A stretch of 64,000 nucleotides of DNA from Cenococcum geophilum (GCA_050273025.1 CP158635.1:11098001-11162000); one strand, 5' to 3'; counted from the stretch's first letter, positions 13,001 to 26,045 are shown. The notes: generated by a model from the letters alone, not told the origin. Numbers and translations are program-made.

Positions 13001-16000
13001 GATATCTATCCTTTTTAGTAATGCTATTTAACTATCTATAGTTGATACACAGCCTTAGTTTACTATTCTTTTTTAGTATAAATAGTACTGGATATCCTAC
13101 TAATAACTACAATGGTCTAATATATCCCTTTTATAGGTTTTCCTAGATAAACTCTTTTAGTACTCTACCTTCTTCTTTAGTAAGCTTATAGATTAAAAAG
13201 AACCTTAGACTTATTCCTAGTTCTAATTCTATCTTATAGTCCTATGCTATATATTCTAATAGCTTTTCACTCTCTAGTAACTATAGTTTCTTGCCATACT
13301 TATAGTATCTCTTTAGTATATAGCTTAATCCTTTTTCTATTTCTTTATAGGTTGCTCCTACTTAGTACTATACCAACTTAGCTTATTATCGCCTCTTACG
13401 GCGTTAAGTATCCCTAATATTAACCTAACCTATAATCTAATTGATCCTTAGATTATATTTCGATAACTAAGGCATTCCTAATACTGCCTTATCCCGTTCC
13501 AATAGTAGGATATTAAAAGACATCTTAATTTGTCTCCCTTTAATAGTTATCTAAATAGGTCCTATTTTAAGATTAATAATCCCTCCTCCGTAGGTTATTA
13601 GATCTCCTAAAATCGTAACTAATAGGTAAGATTGTTCCTTCTATCTATAAGGTAGTCCCATTTTCTTAACTACTACTAATAAGATATAGTTTCGCGTTAC
13701 TCCACTATCGATTAGCGCTTTAAACTACTAATCTTACTATTTAACTCGTAGATTTAGGTGTCGTCCTTAAATTCCTTTAAGGGTCTAAGGCTCTACTATT
13801 GGCTCCCTCTGGTCCTATGGGCCTCTATTTTTCCTAACTATTAGCTACTTAATCCTTATATACTTGGCTCGCTCTTTGGCTAATACCTAATTCGCTTTTT
13901 TTCTTTAATATACTATAGACACGTATTCTCTAGGTATTTCCACCACTATTATCCGTCTAAGCATTCTTCCGTAAGGAATCTTTCTAGTTAAAATACTAAA
14001 CTTCCTTCCTCTTGGACTTCTACTAGATGCCATCTATATATATATTTAGCATTCCTATATTATTATTTATCTATTATCTAATATATCCTTATAGGGTATT
14101 TCCAATTCTTTTCTTTTGGATTCTTATGCATTTCGTATATATTGTCCACGTACGCAATCCATAATAACGTATAGTGTACTAGGTGCTTTAGGTTAACTCT
14201 TAACTTATCTTTATCCTTAAGTTTAAACCATTATTATGTTAATCTAAACGTTATAACTTTATTCGCGGGTACTAAGATACACCTTTTACTTCTCCAGTCC
14301 TCTAAACGCTCCTTTAAATCCTTTAACGTTATTATTAAGGCTCCTTTAATATACGTTATAGCCTTTTCTATAATCGGGTGGTCCTAGATAACTCGTTTAT
14401 CTAACTATATATAGAAATCTTCCCACTTATTATTATGCCTTTACCTATACCACTTTTAGTATAGCTACTAGAGTATATACGGCTCGTCCGTAAGGAAGTA
14501 TCTTTTTATTACTATATTGTAACAGCCCTTTATATATCGTTCTTTAAACCTAGTAGAGATCCCTAGATCCTCTTCATTTTCTAGTTTAGTAAGCTACTTA
14601 GCTCTTAGTATACCTGCCCTAAGCCTATTAGTAATTCTTTGTACTAGTACTCTGTCCTTTATACGTCCCAATATACTAGATCTCTTATCTAGTTTCTATT
14701 CTTGCTATACGACGATTCTCTGTCTAAATTCTTCTATAGTTTCTTTTAGTTTGCGTCTCGCGCTTAAATCCTTAAAGTCTTTATACTTCTTAATCTTGGT
14801 ATTAATATTTCAATCTTTAGTCTAAACACTATATTCTACTAGTAAGTCTTCTAAGTCTATATATTTATCTCCTAGTCTAATTGCTGTTTATACCACAGAT
14901 TCTCTAATCTATAAAGAAGCCTTTTGCCTCTTATTTATAGGTGTCCTTATTTATACTCCGGATTCTTAACCCTTATAGATTTTCGGTCCTAAGCTTGCTT
15001 CTATCTTAAGCCTTACCCCAGCCTTAGTTTAACTAGGCTTACTTAGTGTTCTTATCTTATCTTAAGAGTCTTAAATCTCACTTATTTTATCTTAAGAGTC
15101 TTATACCTTAAGGAAACTTCGTCCTAAGCTCATTCGTATATTACTAAACTAAGCCGTTACTCTGCTCCATCGGTTATCGTCTATTATAGGTCCTTAAGCT
15201 TACCTTATCTCATCTTAAGAATCTTAAGCCTTTGGCCTTTTGCCTTTATTAAGTGCTAAAGTGGCTCGCTATCCTACTTCTCTTACGTCTTATAAAGCGA
15301 TAGATATCGTGTCTAGTGGGGTCTTAATCCCTACTAATGTTCCCTATTCCGTAGTGGAATTATCCTCTACCTCTAGTATAATATCTCCAAGGTCTACATA
15401 CCTTTAGTAAGCCGCCTTTATTGCCTTATCGTTATAAAATGTTTCGCCTATGTTGAAATCGTCGTCCTTAATGTCCAATCTGTAAACTAGTTTATTAGTT
15501 CCTTTGCATTCCGCTAAATATAGCTCTTATAGCCAATAGCTTGCGCCGTACTTAGCGTCCTTATAAATTCGGTATACGTTATTATAACAAAACGCAAAGC
15601 TTCTAATTAAACATTCTTTTGTTCCTCGCAGCATATTATCGTCCCTTTGTATATATATATCGTCTACTAGTCTCGTTCCTTTTACTATATAGTAACTCTA
15701 ACCACTCCTACAGTCTCTAACGTAATAACCCTATTTTCCGCAATTTATATAAGCTCCTTGTTTAAACCATTTTTCTTGCTATAGAGTCCGCCTAAATATC
15801 TTCTGCTACTAAGATCCTTAGTTTGGCCTCTACTCCTTAGACCTTTAATCACTTAATTCTTATCCTCTAGATTTCCATAATTTCTTATTCCATTTCTTAG
15901 ATTCTTTAGTACTACTTAGGTCCATTAGCTCTACGCCATACTATAGTTTTTAACTTAGCTTTTGTTATTGCGTGCTCTGCGCCTTATATAACTATAGAAC

Positions 16001-16797
16001 TCTATCCTAACCCTTCTTAGCCTACTTCCTTTAGTAGATCTAATTGTTAATCTTAATTACCTAATCTATTAGTTCCCGTAGGGTGTCCGTATCTTCTATT
16101 AGGATAATTACGTCCTAGACTTTAGCCTTAAGTCCCTATTTATACTATGCTATAAGCGCCCTATTATTCTACTTTACTTATATTGCTAACGTCTAGAACT
16201 GCGTTATATACTTAATTGCTAAGGTTTATTACGTAATATTTTAGAGTTTCCTTTCTGCTATAGTCGTTGCCTCTAGGTCTCTAAACATTTATATAAGTTG
16301 TTCTACAAATCCATTCCAGCTTAAGAACATAAATTATATCTCTTAGTTAGTGGTTATTATGCCGTTCGCTTATATCTCTGTAAGGTAAGACTTAAACTAC
16401 TTAAGTGCCCTTCCTATTAAGAATAGTCCTATATAGGCTATTTGATCTATAAATATTGCCAGCTTTACTCCTTCCTACACTACCTTAAAGTGCATTTATA
16501 TGAGGAATCCTTTAAGCTTTAATCTCTCTCCTAAGTACCTTTTAATTAATAGTAACTTAACCTTTACTGCGCCTATCCCGTTAATCCTGTTTTCTAATAT
16601 TGCATTATTTTCTATTAACTGGTTAACTATCTCTTGTAGTTATCCGACCGTTATAGGTTGCTATAAGTTAGTGTCTACTATACTAGTGTCGTTACCTAAC
16701 CTTAAAGTAGTTGCCGCCGTTAATAGCGTCGTGGTTGGTGCTTTTGGTGGCATATTATTCAACTTTCTATACTAATACTGTAACTAGGTAGTAATTG

Positions 16798-17224
16798 TGT
16801 AACGGAACCTTATAGTAAGAACTACGGTGGGTCCTATTATTAGGCTAGGTATATAGGTAATATAAGTATAAAAGTCAATAACGTAATAATAACTAGTGGA
16901 GTGGTTGCCTAATAGATTAACTCTAATTATATTTTAAGAATTACTATAAGGAAGAAACTATCTAGGTAGGGACTAAGGGTCCTTAAATACACAACCGTAC
17001 TCCTATAAAATCCTTCTTATACGTAATGTACGTGTGCTCTATCTGCTCTGTTATAGATCCCGTAGATTGTACAGATTATATAGATCACATTATGTGACCT
17101 CGGCTACTATTCCTCGTCATATGGTTCTACCGGTTCTATCCTGGACCGTGCTTAAATCAACTAACTAGCTTCTTTCGTCTCTTCTCCAAGTAGTCGTAAT
17201 ATCGTACTTAAAGCGTCCGTAACA
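16798..17224 (-). repeat. 5' LTR of element B
   Basis: TGTAACGG...CCGTAACA; direct repeat of 9063-9489. Confidence 0.93.
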
Positions 17225-20200
17225 TAATTAGGAAGTAAAATTAAGATAGGGCCTTTGTCTAGCGCGCTTACTAGGCCGTAAGGGCCTTTATTATTATAAA
17301 ATATTCTAGGGCCTTATAATCTAAAACTACCTAAATAGGCTTAGGGGCTCCTTTTAGCTGTATTTACTAGTACTAAAAGCTAGAAATAATAGCTAACATC
17401 TCTTTGTTATAAATTGGATAGTTTAGCTTAGCATCTATTATAGTCTTTAAATAGTAGGTAATAGGATGCTATTCTCTATCTAGCTGCTTCTGAGAGTAAA
17501 CACTAGCTATTGCACTATTTAAGGTATTAGTTTCCAGTATTAAGGGCCGTTTTGGGTAAAAATAGGCAAGTAAAGGAGTAGAGACCAGCCGCTTTCTAAG
17601 CTTATTAAAGGCCTGCTTATATACGGCGTTAAAATAAAAGGGCCGGTCCTTTCTAGTAAGGTAGTTAAAAGGTTAAGCAATTCTCCTATAGTTCTTTATA
17701 AAGCGTTAGTAGAAGTTACAGAAACCTAAGAATAACTATACCCCCTTTACGGTCTGGGGGGGTTCCTATTAGCTAATTACGACCGTCTTTTTTAGGTCTA
17801 CCTTAATTCCGTCCATACTAATAATAAACCCTAAGTACTTTATATACTTAACACTAAATTCTAACTTCTTAATATTGGCCTAGAGGCTAGCTTTCTAAAG
17901 CCGTTATAGGACTTTATAGATATACTCCTTATATTCTAATTTATTTTCGGAGTAGATTATAATATTATTTAGGGAGGCTGTGCGGAAGTTATTAAGGTAG
18001 TTAAATAGTATATTATTTATATATCGTTAATATATAGCCGGTCCGTTAGTTAGTCTAAAAGGCAGTACTTTATATTTATATATTCCGTAACAGGTATAAA
18101 ACGTAATAAGGTCTTTTAATTTAGGGTCTATTCTAATTCGGTAAAAAACCTAATAGATATTAAGCTTTGTAAAGATCTTAGCTCTACTTATTTAGGCTAA
18201 AGTCTTATTAAGTAAAGGCAGTGGGTAATGGTCTTTAAGGGTTAGGTTATTAAGCTTATAGTAGTTAATATAGAAATAAAGTCCTCTATTTAGCTTTTTA
18301 GTAAAATAAATAGGTAAGTTAAATAGAGCTTAACTAGGCTTAATAAAGCCCTTATCTAGGTTATTAATAAGATACTACTTAGTGGCCTATAATTTGGCGG
18401 TAGATTGCTAGCAGAGGGGGCTATAGCTAAGGGTGTCTTCTTTACCTAGCTTAATCTTAATCTTATAGTTATAAGGTCGATGAGGTAGAAGTATATTAGA
18501 TACTACTTTGGAGAATGTGTCTTTAAATTTCTAGTATTAGTAGGGCAGTTTCTGTTCTACTAGCTCCTTATCTATAAGCTTACTTCCCTCCCTACTAGAC
18601 TGGCTATAGTCTAGAGCTTCCCTATCCTTAATAATTTAGTTAATTTCGTATAAGCTAATTATAAAGTAATGGTGTTAGGTTAAATTAAGTTCCTATAGAA
18701 TCCTACGGCGCTAATACAGTAAATATTAACTAGTGGGAGGTCTGTAGATTTCTTTATAAATATTTATTAGGCCATGTTTTGCGGTATAGGGTTTATAATC
18801 TTCCTTAGCTTATATTCTATTTTCTATAAGTTATCCTTCCAGTTTATTAGTTTAGTGTATCGCCTAATATTCTTAGCTTTTCTTTATAGCTATATAGGGC
18901 CTAAGTTCTTTATAGGGGGCTTAGCTGGGTTAATACTAACTTCCTAAGTCTCTAATACGGGAGCCGTGGCGTAGGTAGTCTAGTAGTGGCGGAGTATACA
19001 GATCCGTTGCGGATTAAGCTGTATATCCTTCTTAAAAGCCTAGTCCCTACGCATTATATTAGCTTAGTAAACAGTGTTTATCTACGGCCGTATAAAGTTT
19101 TTTATTATAATACTAATTTCTTTTATAAAGGGAGGTGTTAGGGGTATAGTGTTAGGCTAGATAAGCCGTTTATTCTATATATTAAACTATAAGCCTAAAT
19201 AGGCTAGGTATTTTCTCCCTAAGATTATATTATAGTTTCTAGGGTCCGTAATAAGGAAGGGGACGTTAAACTGCCTTCGCCTATTAACGCGGAGGTATAT
19301 CCGTAAAATACTTATAATAGGTTGCCCTACTTATCCATTATACCCGCAAATAGGAATTAGTTTAGGTAGATCTTCTATAGGTATATTTAAAAAGTTAGTT
19401 AGTTTTATAGCGCACTTTATATTAATTAAGGTAAAGGTATTTACTTCTAAGTTAGCTAAAGCAGATGTTAAAACTTAATATCTATTACGGAATAAAGTAT
19501 AAGGGATAATATAGCTTCTTCTACTAACTAGCTAACCCAGATTAATATATAATATATTAATCCTTTTTAACCTTAAAGAGGAGTTTTCCTCTAGGGTTCC
19601 TCTTTTTCTAACTCTATACTATCCTCCTAAATTAATAAACCCTTATTTATCTTTACTGCTATTAGGCAGTCCCTTATAAAGTAGTCTTTTTAGCTATATA
19701 AAAAGCAAGTTTCTTAATTACTAAGGGCTTATCTATAGGGGTTGCTATATATAGGCCGAGTATATACTAGGCCTGTAGTAGGACTTGCTGCCTAACTAGC
19801 TGCTAGATTAACGGCGGGTTAAACAGTTAGGGCCGCAAGAGTAGCGGCCCGTACTAGGGCACTATTAGCTATTCTCATATTGCTTATAGCCTAGTTTAAA
19901 TGGTTCTTAGCTTTATATTACTTAGCGCGTGCCTTAATTTAACGGAGGCCTTAATTAATAGCTAGGTGGTAGTCCGTAAGTACCTTTAACGTTTATATAG
20001 TAGTAAAAACTAGCAGTATAGCGCGCTGTAGGTCCAAAGTAAGCTTATTAAAGAGGTCTGGCATTAGGTCTTTATAGGGAATTTAGACTTAACCAGCTAG
20101 GTATAAAAAGTAGGTCTAAAAGGCTAAGAAGGTCTCCGTTGTTTTTATATTTCGGCTTTTATAATTAAGGCGGGTATTCTATATCTTAAAGGGGTCCTTA

Positions 20201-20899
20201 TAAATAGAAAATAGGTAGTTAATTATTTCTTCTTCTAAGACGAAAGGGTTTACTAAGTCTGCAGCATATCGCGGACGTAGGTACGTCTAGGCGTCTCCAC
20301 TAATACGGCCGAAGACATAGGCTATCTTAGCTTAGTTATTAGGGAAGTAATCCTTATTAACTTTAAGCTTATCCTATAGTTAAAGCTTCTAATTCTTAAA
20401 TATAGGGTTAGTCCTATCTGTAAGTAATAGGGGGTCTATAACCTTCGCGGATCTTAATAACGTAGTATATTGGGCTAGGGCCTTAAGGACCGTAGCAAGT
20501 CTATCTAATAGGTTATTGCTAAGTGTAGGGGTATCCCTAGTTTTAAGCAGTTCTCGTAGCCGTTTAATTTTAGTATTAGCTGCCGCAAGCTCCGCCTAGG
20601 GGGTTAAGATGGTAATTATTTCTTTATCTAAGGTGTTTACAGGTCCTGCAGCTGCTTTGCCTACTACTATATTTCGTAGCATGGTGGTAAGGGTATTAGG
20701 TAATTCTAGGTAATTCCTTTAGGGGTTCTGGTCTGTGCGTGCCTTATGGGTTATTTCTTTAGGGTTTTATTCTTTTCCTTATAGTCCTAGTAATGTCCTT
20801 AGGGTCCTGTTCCGTATCCTTGTCCTATTTATAGTCTTATAGATATTTTTAAGTTCCTTTTTAGGAAGAAAGAGTAGGATAAGCTTTAGATAATGTTAG

Positions 20900-23800
20900 T
20901 GTTACGGCTCGTATAAACGCCTCTGAACCGAAGCTTGTAGAATGCTATATTATAAAGATACTAAGCTAAGGAGTAGAGAAGGTTAAGGAAAGGACACGTC
21001 TATATATAGGCGCCAAGTCTCTAAGCGAGCCCCTGACTAGGGTCTGTAACGGTACCGTGATATCACCCCCTCCTTTAAGAAAGCCTGCCCTTAGGCTTTG
21101 TATAAGCCCCTTATTAGAAAAGAAAGAGAAAAAAAAGAAATTTGGCATCTAGGCGCTTAATTGCGATGCCGGTTAACCTAGGACTTGCAGCAGTCCTGTA
21201 GCTCCTACTGCTGTAGAGGTATATTACTATACCTAGTTAACGTGGGGCAGGCAGCCGTCCTGTAGCTCCTGCTGCTGCAAGAGGTATATCGCTAGGAGCT
21301 CTCCATTAGTTGTTGTTCCTCCTCTAGAACTCCGGTACCTCCTAGCTCTACTATCCCCCCTTTTATTATAGCGCGCCCTAAGCCATAAAAAAAGGCCCCC
21401 CTAATCCCCCTTTTATAAAAAGGTAGGTAAAAAAGTTTTAATAAGGGTGGGAGGGTTAGGGAGTTATAGCTCGTATATATATCGGCATAAGCTCTTATCC
21501 GTTTAGTAGTAGTACAGTACTAGTAATAGGTCGTTTAGGTAGTAGTATAATGCTAGCAATAGGGTCGTATTCTAGGGAGCAAAGCTCTACCTAGTTATAT
21601 TTGGGTTATAGGCGTATTAGCGCGACGGGTTATTAGGGTATAGTTCCGTAAGCATATTAGTACGGTATCTTATCAGTAGTAGTTCGCAGGCGTATCGGCG
21701 CGGTAACTTATTAGGATTATAGCAGTACGGTACTAGCAACGGGCCGTATTTTAGGGAGCAAAGCTCTACCTTATATATAGGTATTACCGTAGGCGGAGCA
21801 GCAAAAGTCGGTCGGCTGTAGGTAGAGCAGTAAGGGTTAGCTAGCTATTAATAAAGCAGCAAGGGTTAGTTAGCTATAGGTAGAGTAGTAAGGGTCTATT
21901 GTAATAGCAGGCATATCGGCGCTATTATTTGGTTAGGTTTGTATTTAAATTACGTTTAGGTAGCATTTAAATTATATTTAGGTTATAGGCGGATCGCAGG
22001 CGTAACGGCACGATTGGTCTATCGGTTAGACTATAGGCGTAGCAGCACAGTTGTTATTAGGTCGTGATAGCAGGCGTATTAGCGCTATCGTTGTCTAGTT
22101 GGTTAGCTATAGGTAGAGCAGTAAGGTATTATTTGGTTAGGTAGTAGTACGGTACCAGCGTTAGGTAGTAATAGTAGGTTAAACATTCGGAGCTCGATCT
22201 ATTAGTTAGCTAGTAAATCGCAGGTATATCGGCACAATTAGTCGGTCGGGTATATATACGAATTACGTTTAGGTCGCATTTAAATTATATTCGGATTACA
22301 GGCGTATCAGCGCAATTATTTAATTAGTTGGCTGTAGGTAAAGCAGCAAGGTGTCGGTTCTTATAGCAGTGCAGTGCCAGCGTTAGGTGGTGATAGTAGG
22401 TTAAGCATAGAGTTTGTCTATTAATAGGTCGTAGTTCCATAGGCGTATTAGCGCAAAGCTTATTAATTCGGGTAGTAGTACGGTGCTAACGGCGGGGTCA
22501 TATTCTAAGGGGCAAAGCTCTCCCTTATATACAGTTATTACTATAGGCAGGGCAGTAGAAGTTGGTTATAGACTGCAGGCAGAGTAGTAATGGTCTATTA
22601 TAGTGCTACAAGCAAGGTAGTAGAAGATAGTTTGCCGTAGGCAGAGCAGCGGAGGTTAAATTAGTATTAGCTATAGGTAGAGCAGCTAGAGTTAATTATA
22701 GTGCTGCGAGCAAGGCAGTAAGGTATTGGTTAGCTACAGGCGAAGTAATAGAGGTTAAGTGGCAGTACGGTGCTAGCATTAAATAGTAATAGTAGGTTAA
22801 ACATAGAGCTCGTCTATTAGTTAGTTAAGTAGACTATAGGCGTATCGGCACAATCATTTAGTTAGGTTTATATTTAAATTATATTTAGGTAGCATTCGAA
22901 TTGTATTTAGATCGCAGGCGTAACAGCACAATTATTATCTATTTAGGTAGTAGTATAATACCAGCAACGGGGTTCGGCTTATAGGCGTATTGGCACGAGA
23001 GCTTATTAATTAGGTAGTAGTACGGTGCAAGCGTTAGATCGTAATAGTAGGTCAAGTATTCAGAGCTCGTCTATTGGTTAGTTGGTGGATCGTAGGCACA
23101 TCGGCACAATTATTTAGTCAGTAGATCGTAGGCGTAATGGCATAATTGGTCTGTCGGTGGATTGTAAGTATATTAGCATAATTAGTTAGTTAATGAATCG
23201 TAGGGATATTAGCACGATTATCGTCTGGTTGTAATAGCAGGCGTATTAGCGCTATTATTTAGTCATACTATAGGCGTAGCAGCACAGTCGTTATTAGGTT
23301 AAGATAGTAGGCATATTAGCGCTATTATTGGTTAATAAATCGCTAGCATAACAGCACAATCGTTCGGTCGACTATAGGCGTAGCGGTATAGTTATTGTCT
23401 ATTTAGGTTATAGGCGGTTATATTAGCGCAAGAGCTTATCTAAGCTTTATTACCCCCTCCTTTAATATAGCGCGCCCCGAGCTATAGAAAAAAGAAATAT
23501 AGCTTATATATATATCAGCACGAGCTCTTATCTATTCGGTAGTAGTACGGTGCTAGCGTCTAATAGTAGATAGTAGGCGTATCGGCGCTATTATTAGTCA
23601 ATTAATTGTAGGCATAACGGCACGATTAGTTAATTGGTTTGCATTTAAATTGCGTTTAAATTGCATTTAGATCGCAGGCGTAACGGCGCGATTATTATCT
23701 AGTTTGTCCAAATCGATTTTGTTATTAAAGCTTATATAGCTTAGTATTAACCTTATTGTTGGAGTATATAAATGCTTAAGGTAAAGCTTGTATAACTTAG

Positions 23801-25200
23801 TATTAACCATAGTTGTTCCTTAGTATGCGTAGCTTAGTATTAATTAAAAAGGATCACCGTAGGTAGAGAAGAAGACGATTAAATCGGTTAGGGAGGCAGT
23901 TGATTATTAACGAACTCATACGGTCGTTGTCAAAGTCGTAGTTCGAGACGTTGTTAATATTCGAAGGTATCGAAGAAAGGGTACGCTTTAATATTTGAGA
24001 GTAGTTAACAAATAGCAGGACATGCTTTTATAATGGCGAGCTGTTTTATTTATAAAGGTCGTATAAATGGCTATCGAGAGGAAAGCATTAATAGTTCGTA
24101 TAAGGTCGTAGAGATAAATAGGCTTATCTGCAGAGCTATTAGAGAGTGCCATAAATCGGAATAATTCTCCTAATCTGTTCTCCTAATTAAGAGTGCCATA
24201 AATTACTTAAATTCTCCCCTAGGTTCCTAGTACCCCTATATATAGGATGCAGATGTATTCGGCCGTAAGATCAAGGGACTACCTAGGTCGATAGTAAGGT
24301 TCGGGTTAATTGCGTACGGTGGTTATTAATGAGAACTCAACGGGTGTCTATAAGGGCGTTTATAGACAAGTCGGAGAGTCGTGTCATAGGCATATCGGCG
24401 CGATAGGTTATCGGGTTTGCTTTCAAATCGCATTCGGGCCGCATTTAAATTGCATTCGGATTGCCTTCGGATCGCAGGCGTATTGGCGCAATTATTAGTT
24501 AATTAGACTATAGGCATATTAGCACAGTCAGTAATTGGGTTTAGGGGTTTAGGGTGGCAGTATAGTGCCAGTAAGTCCTTCCTAGTCGATTTTGTCTCTC
24601 CTTGTATAGCTTAGTATCAATTAGGGTGGTTATCGCAGCGTAGTCTATATATCTATTAATGTCGTTCATTGTAACGTTACGGCTAAGTCTTAATTAATTT
24701 CGTTCTCGCAGCCCTAGGGTAAGTCTTAACCAAGGTCGTCTCTGAAGCTCGTATAACTCCGTATCAGTCGAAAAGGTCAGGGGGGAAGGTAAGATATTCT
24801 TGCCTTCCTAGGCAGTCGTCCTTATCCACAGGAGACCTTCTAGCTGCTTAAATACCGGCTCCCAGTATTAATAATAGCGACTCAACACATCGACGACGCG
24901 CAGCTAGGGGTATTTAACGCGTGTCCTCTCAGAACACGCGGAATAGGGGTGGGAGATTATCCAGGCCTTCCTAGGTGAGGTAAAGAGGGAGCTTCAAAAC
25001 GAATGAAGTCCCCCCTAGGTGGGTGAGCTTAGTATAATATTACGGCTCGTACAAACGCCTCTAAACCGAAGCTTGTAGAATGCTGTATTACGAAGATACT
25101 AAGCTAAGGAGCAGAGAAGGTCGAGGAAAGGACACGTCTATATACAGGCGCCAAGTCTCCAAGCGAGCCCCTGACTAGGGTCTGTAACGGTACCGTGACA
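20900..25200 (-). mobile_element. Non-autonomous LTR element C (LARD-like) with repetitive non-coding interior
   Basis: 163-bp LTRs 20900-21062 and 25038-25200; TSD GTTAG (20895-20899, 25201-25205); PPT at 21063-21078; no RT, RNase H or integrase motifs seen inside. Confidence 0.88.
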
Positions 25201-25414
25201 GTTAGTGACTTAGTTAATCAAGGCATGAGCACGGCAGGAGGGACGCGTGCGAGCCTGTACGATTGGATTGTCTATAAACGAGGATCTAAAGCTAAGGAAA
25301 AGGAAAGGGGAGGATGAGCAGCGCCGTGCGAAGCTTTATACAATCTGCGCGTCACGTGACCGCAATCTGCGGCAATCTGTGGCAATTTGCCAGTACCGTA
25401 CCAGTGCCGTGACA

Positions 25415-26045
25415 AGGAGAAGGTTATGGGCTTCCTTTAACTATAAATTGGACTATAGGGTAAGGAGATTCTTAAAAGACTCTATATCCGCAAGATGTAA
25501 GGGGGAAATGTAAGGGATCTTTTGGCGGCTGCCAAGGCTAGCATTCGGCTAGCCCTTGGCACCTCCTTATAAGCTCCCTTGGGCTTGCAGCCCTTTCCCT
25601 CCTCATCGGTTCGTCTCTCTCTGTACTAGGCTATTGCCTACCCTCATTACCATATCGTCCTCTTCCATCGACTCTCCTTGTGACTCATGCTCGGCTTGCC
25701 TGCTCCCTACCGTACACCCTGGCAATGTGCCTTACAGAAAACGCGTAAGCGCGGCACGGGTAAATAAAGCTACTAAACACGTAAATATTAAAAGAGAAGA
25801 AGAAGGGGGCTCTATATTATAGAATTAGAATTACAGCAGGCCTTTCTATATAAAATTAGAAGCCCCGCGCGAGCCAGGAGCTGGCGCGGGCACGAGAATA
25901 GGAAGAGGGTTAAAAATGGATTGTCGAGGCGACGATGAGGTCAAAGGCGCGCGACGAGGACCTCTATACTAACCCAGTACTAACCTAGACCTCAAAAACG
26001 CGTCCGAAAAGTAGGGGCCACCCCCCCGTTTGGGGGGGGGAGGGT
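25415..26045 (-). mobile_element. DNA-transposon-like terminal fragment (possibly piggyBac-like), target of Gypsy A
   Basis: Minus-strand end ATAA-CCCTCCCC with a C/G-run hairpin at 26021-26040, then a degenerate acidic reading and TFPPYILR...PITFS cut by the LTR; family call weak. Confidence 0.35.

Larger units (their letters stand above)
9063..17224 (-). mobile_element. Full-length chromovirus-type Ty3/Gypsy element B, RIP-inactivated
   Basis: LTRs 9063-9489 and 16798-17224; 5-bp TSD TAATT (9058-9062, 17225-17229); PPT at 9490-9505; gag ATG 16753 (MPPKAPTTT); CCHC ~15,705-15,757; RT VYLDNIIIY ~12,730-12,757; chromodomain KVKWIGYTKTT*ELLENL ~10,500-10,555. Confidence 0.92.
8102..25414 (-). 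mobile_element. Host Gypsy element A (5' LTR split as 20894-20899 plus 25206-25414; gag ATG 20682; pol 17225-~19600 continuing at 8102-9057); 3' end lost
   Basis: Gag with CCHC remnant ETCFLYS*KDYFIRDC (~19,660-19,712); RT LNNFRTASLNNIIIYS (~17,950-18,000); reading frame rejoins across the nested element (FYFLIRYRLGTTNYIDAL); integrase RPFINYF*DN*GKLLPL ends near 8102. Confidence 0.8.

Noticed and set aside
10045..25822. Short ORF-track entries in the TE nest (10045, 16500, 20966, 24310, 25247, 25556)
   Set aside because: They are chance or antisense frames within RIP-mutated TE or LTR sequence, with no domain motifs.
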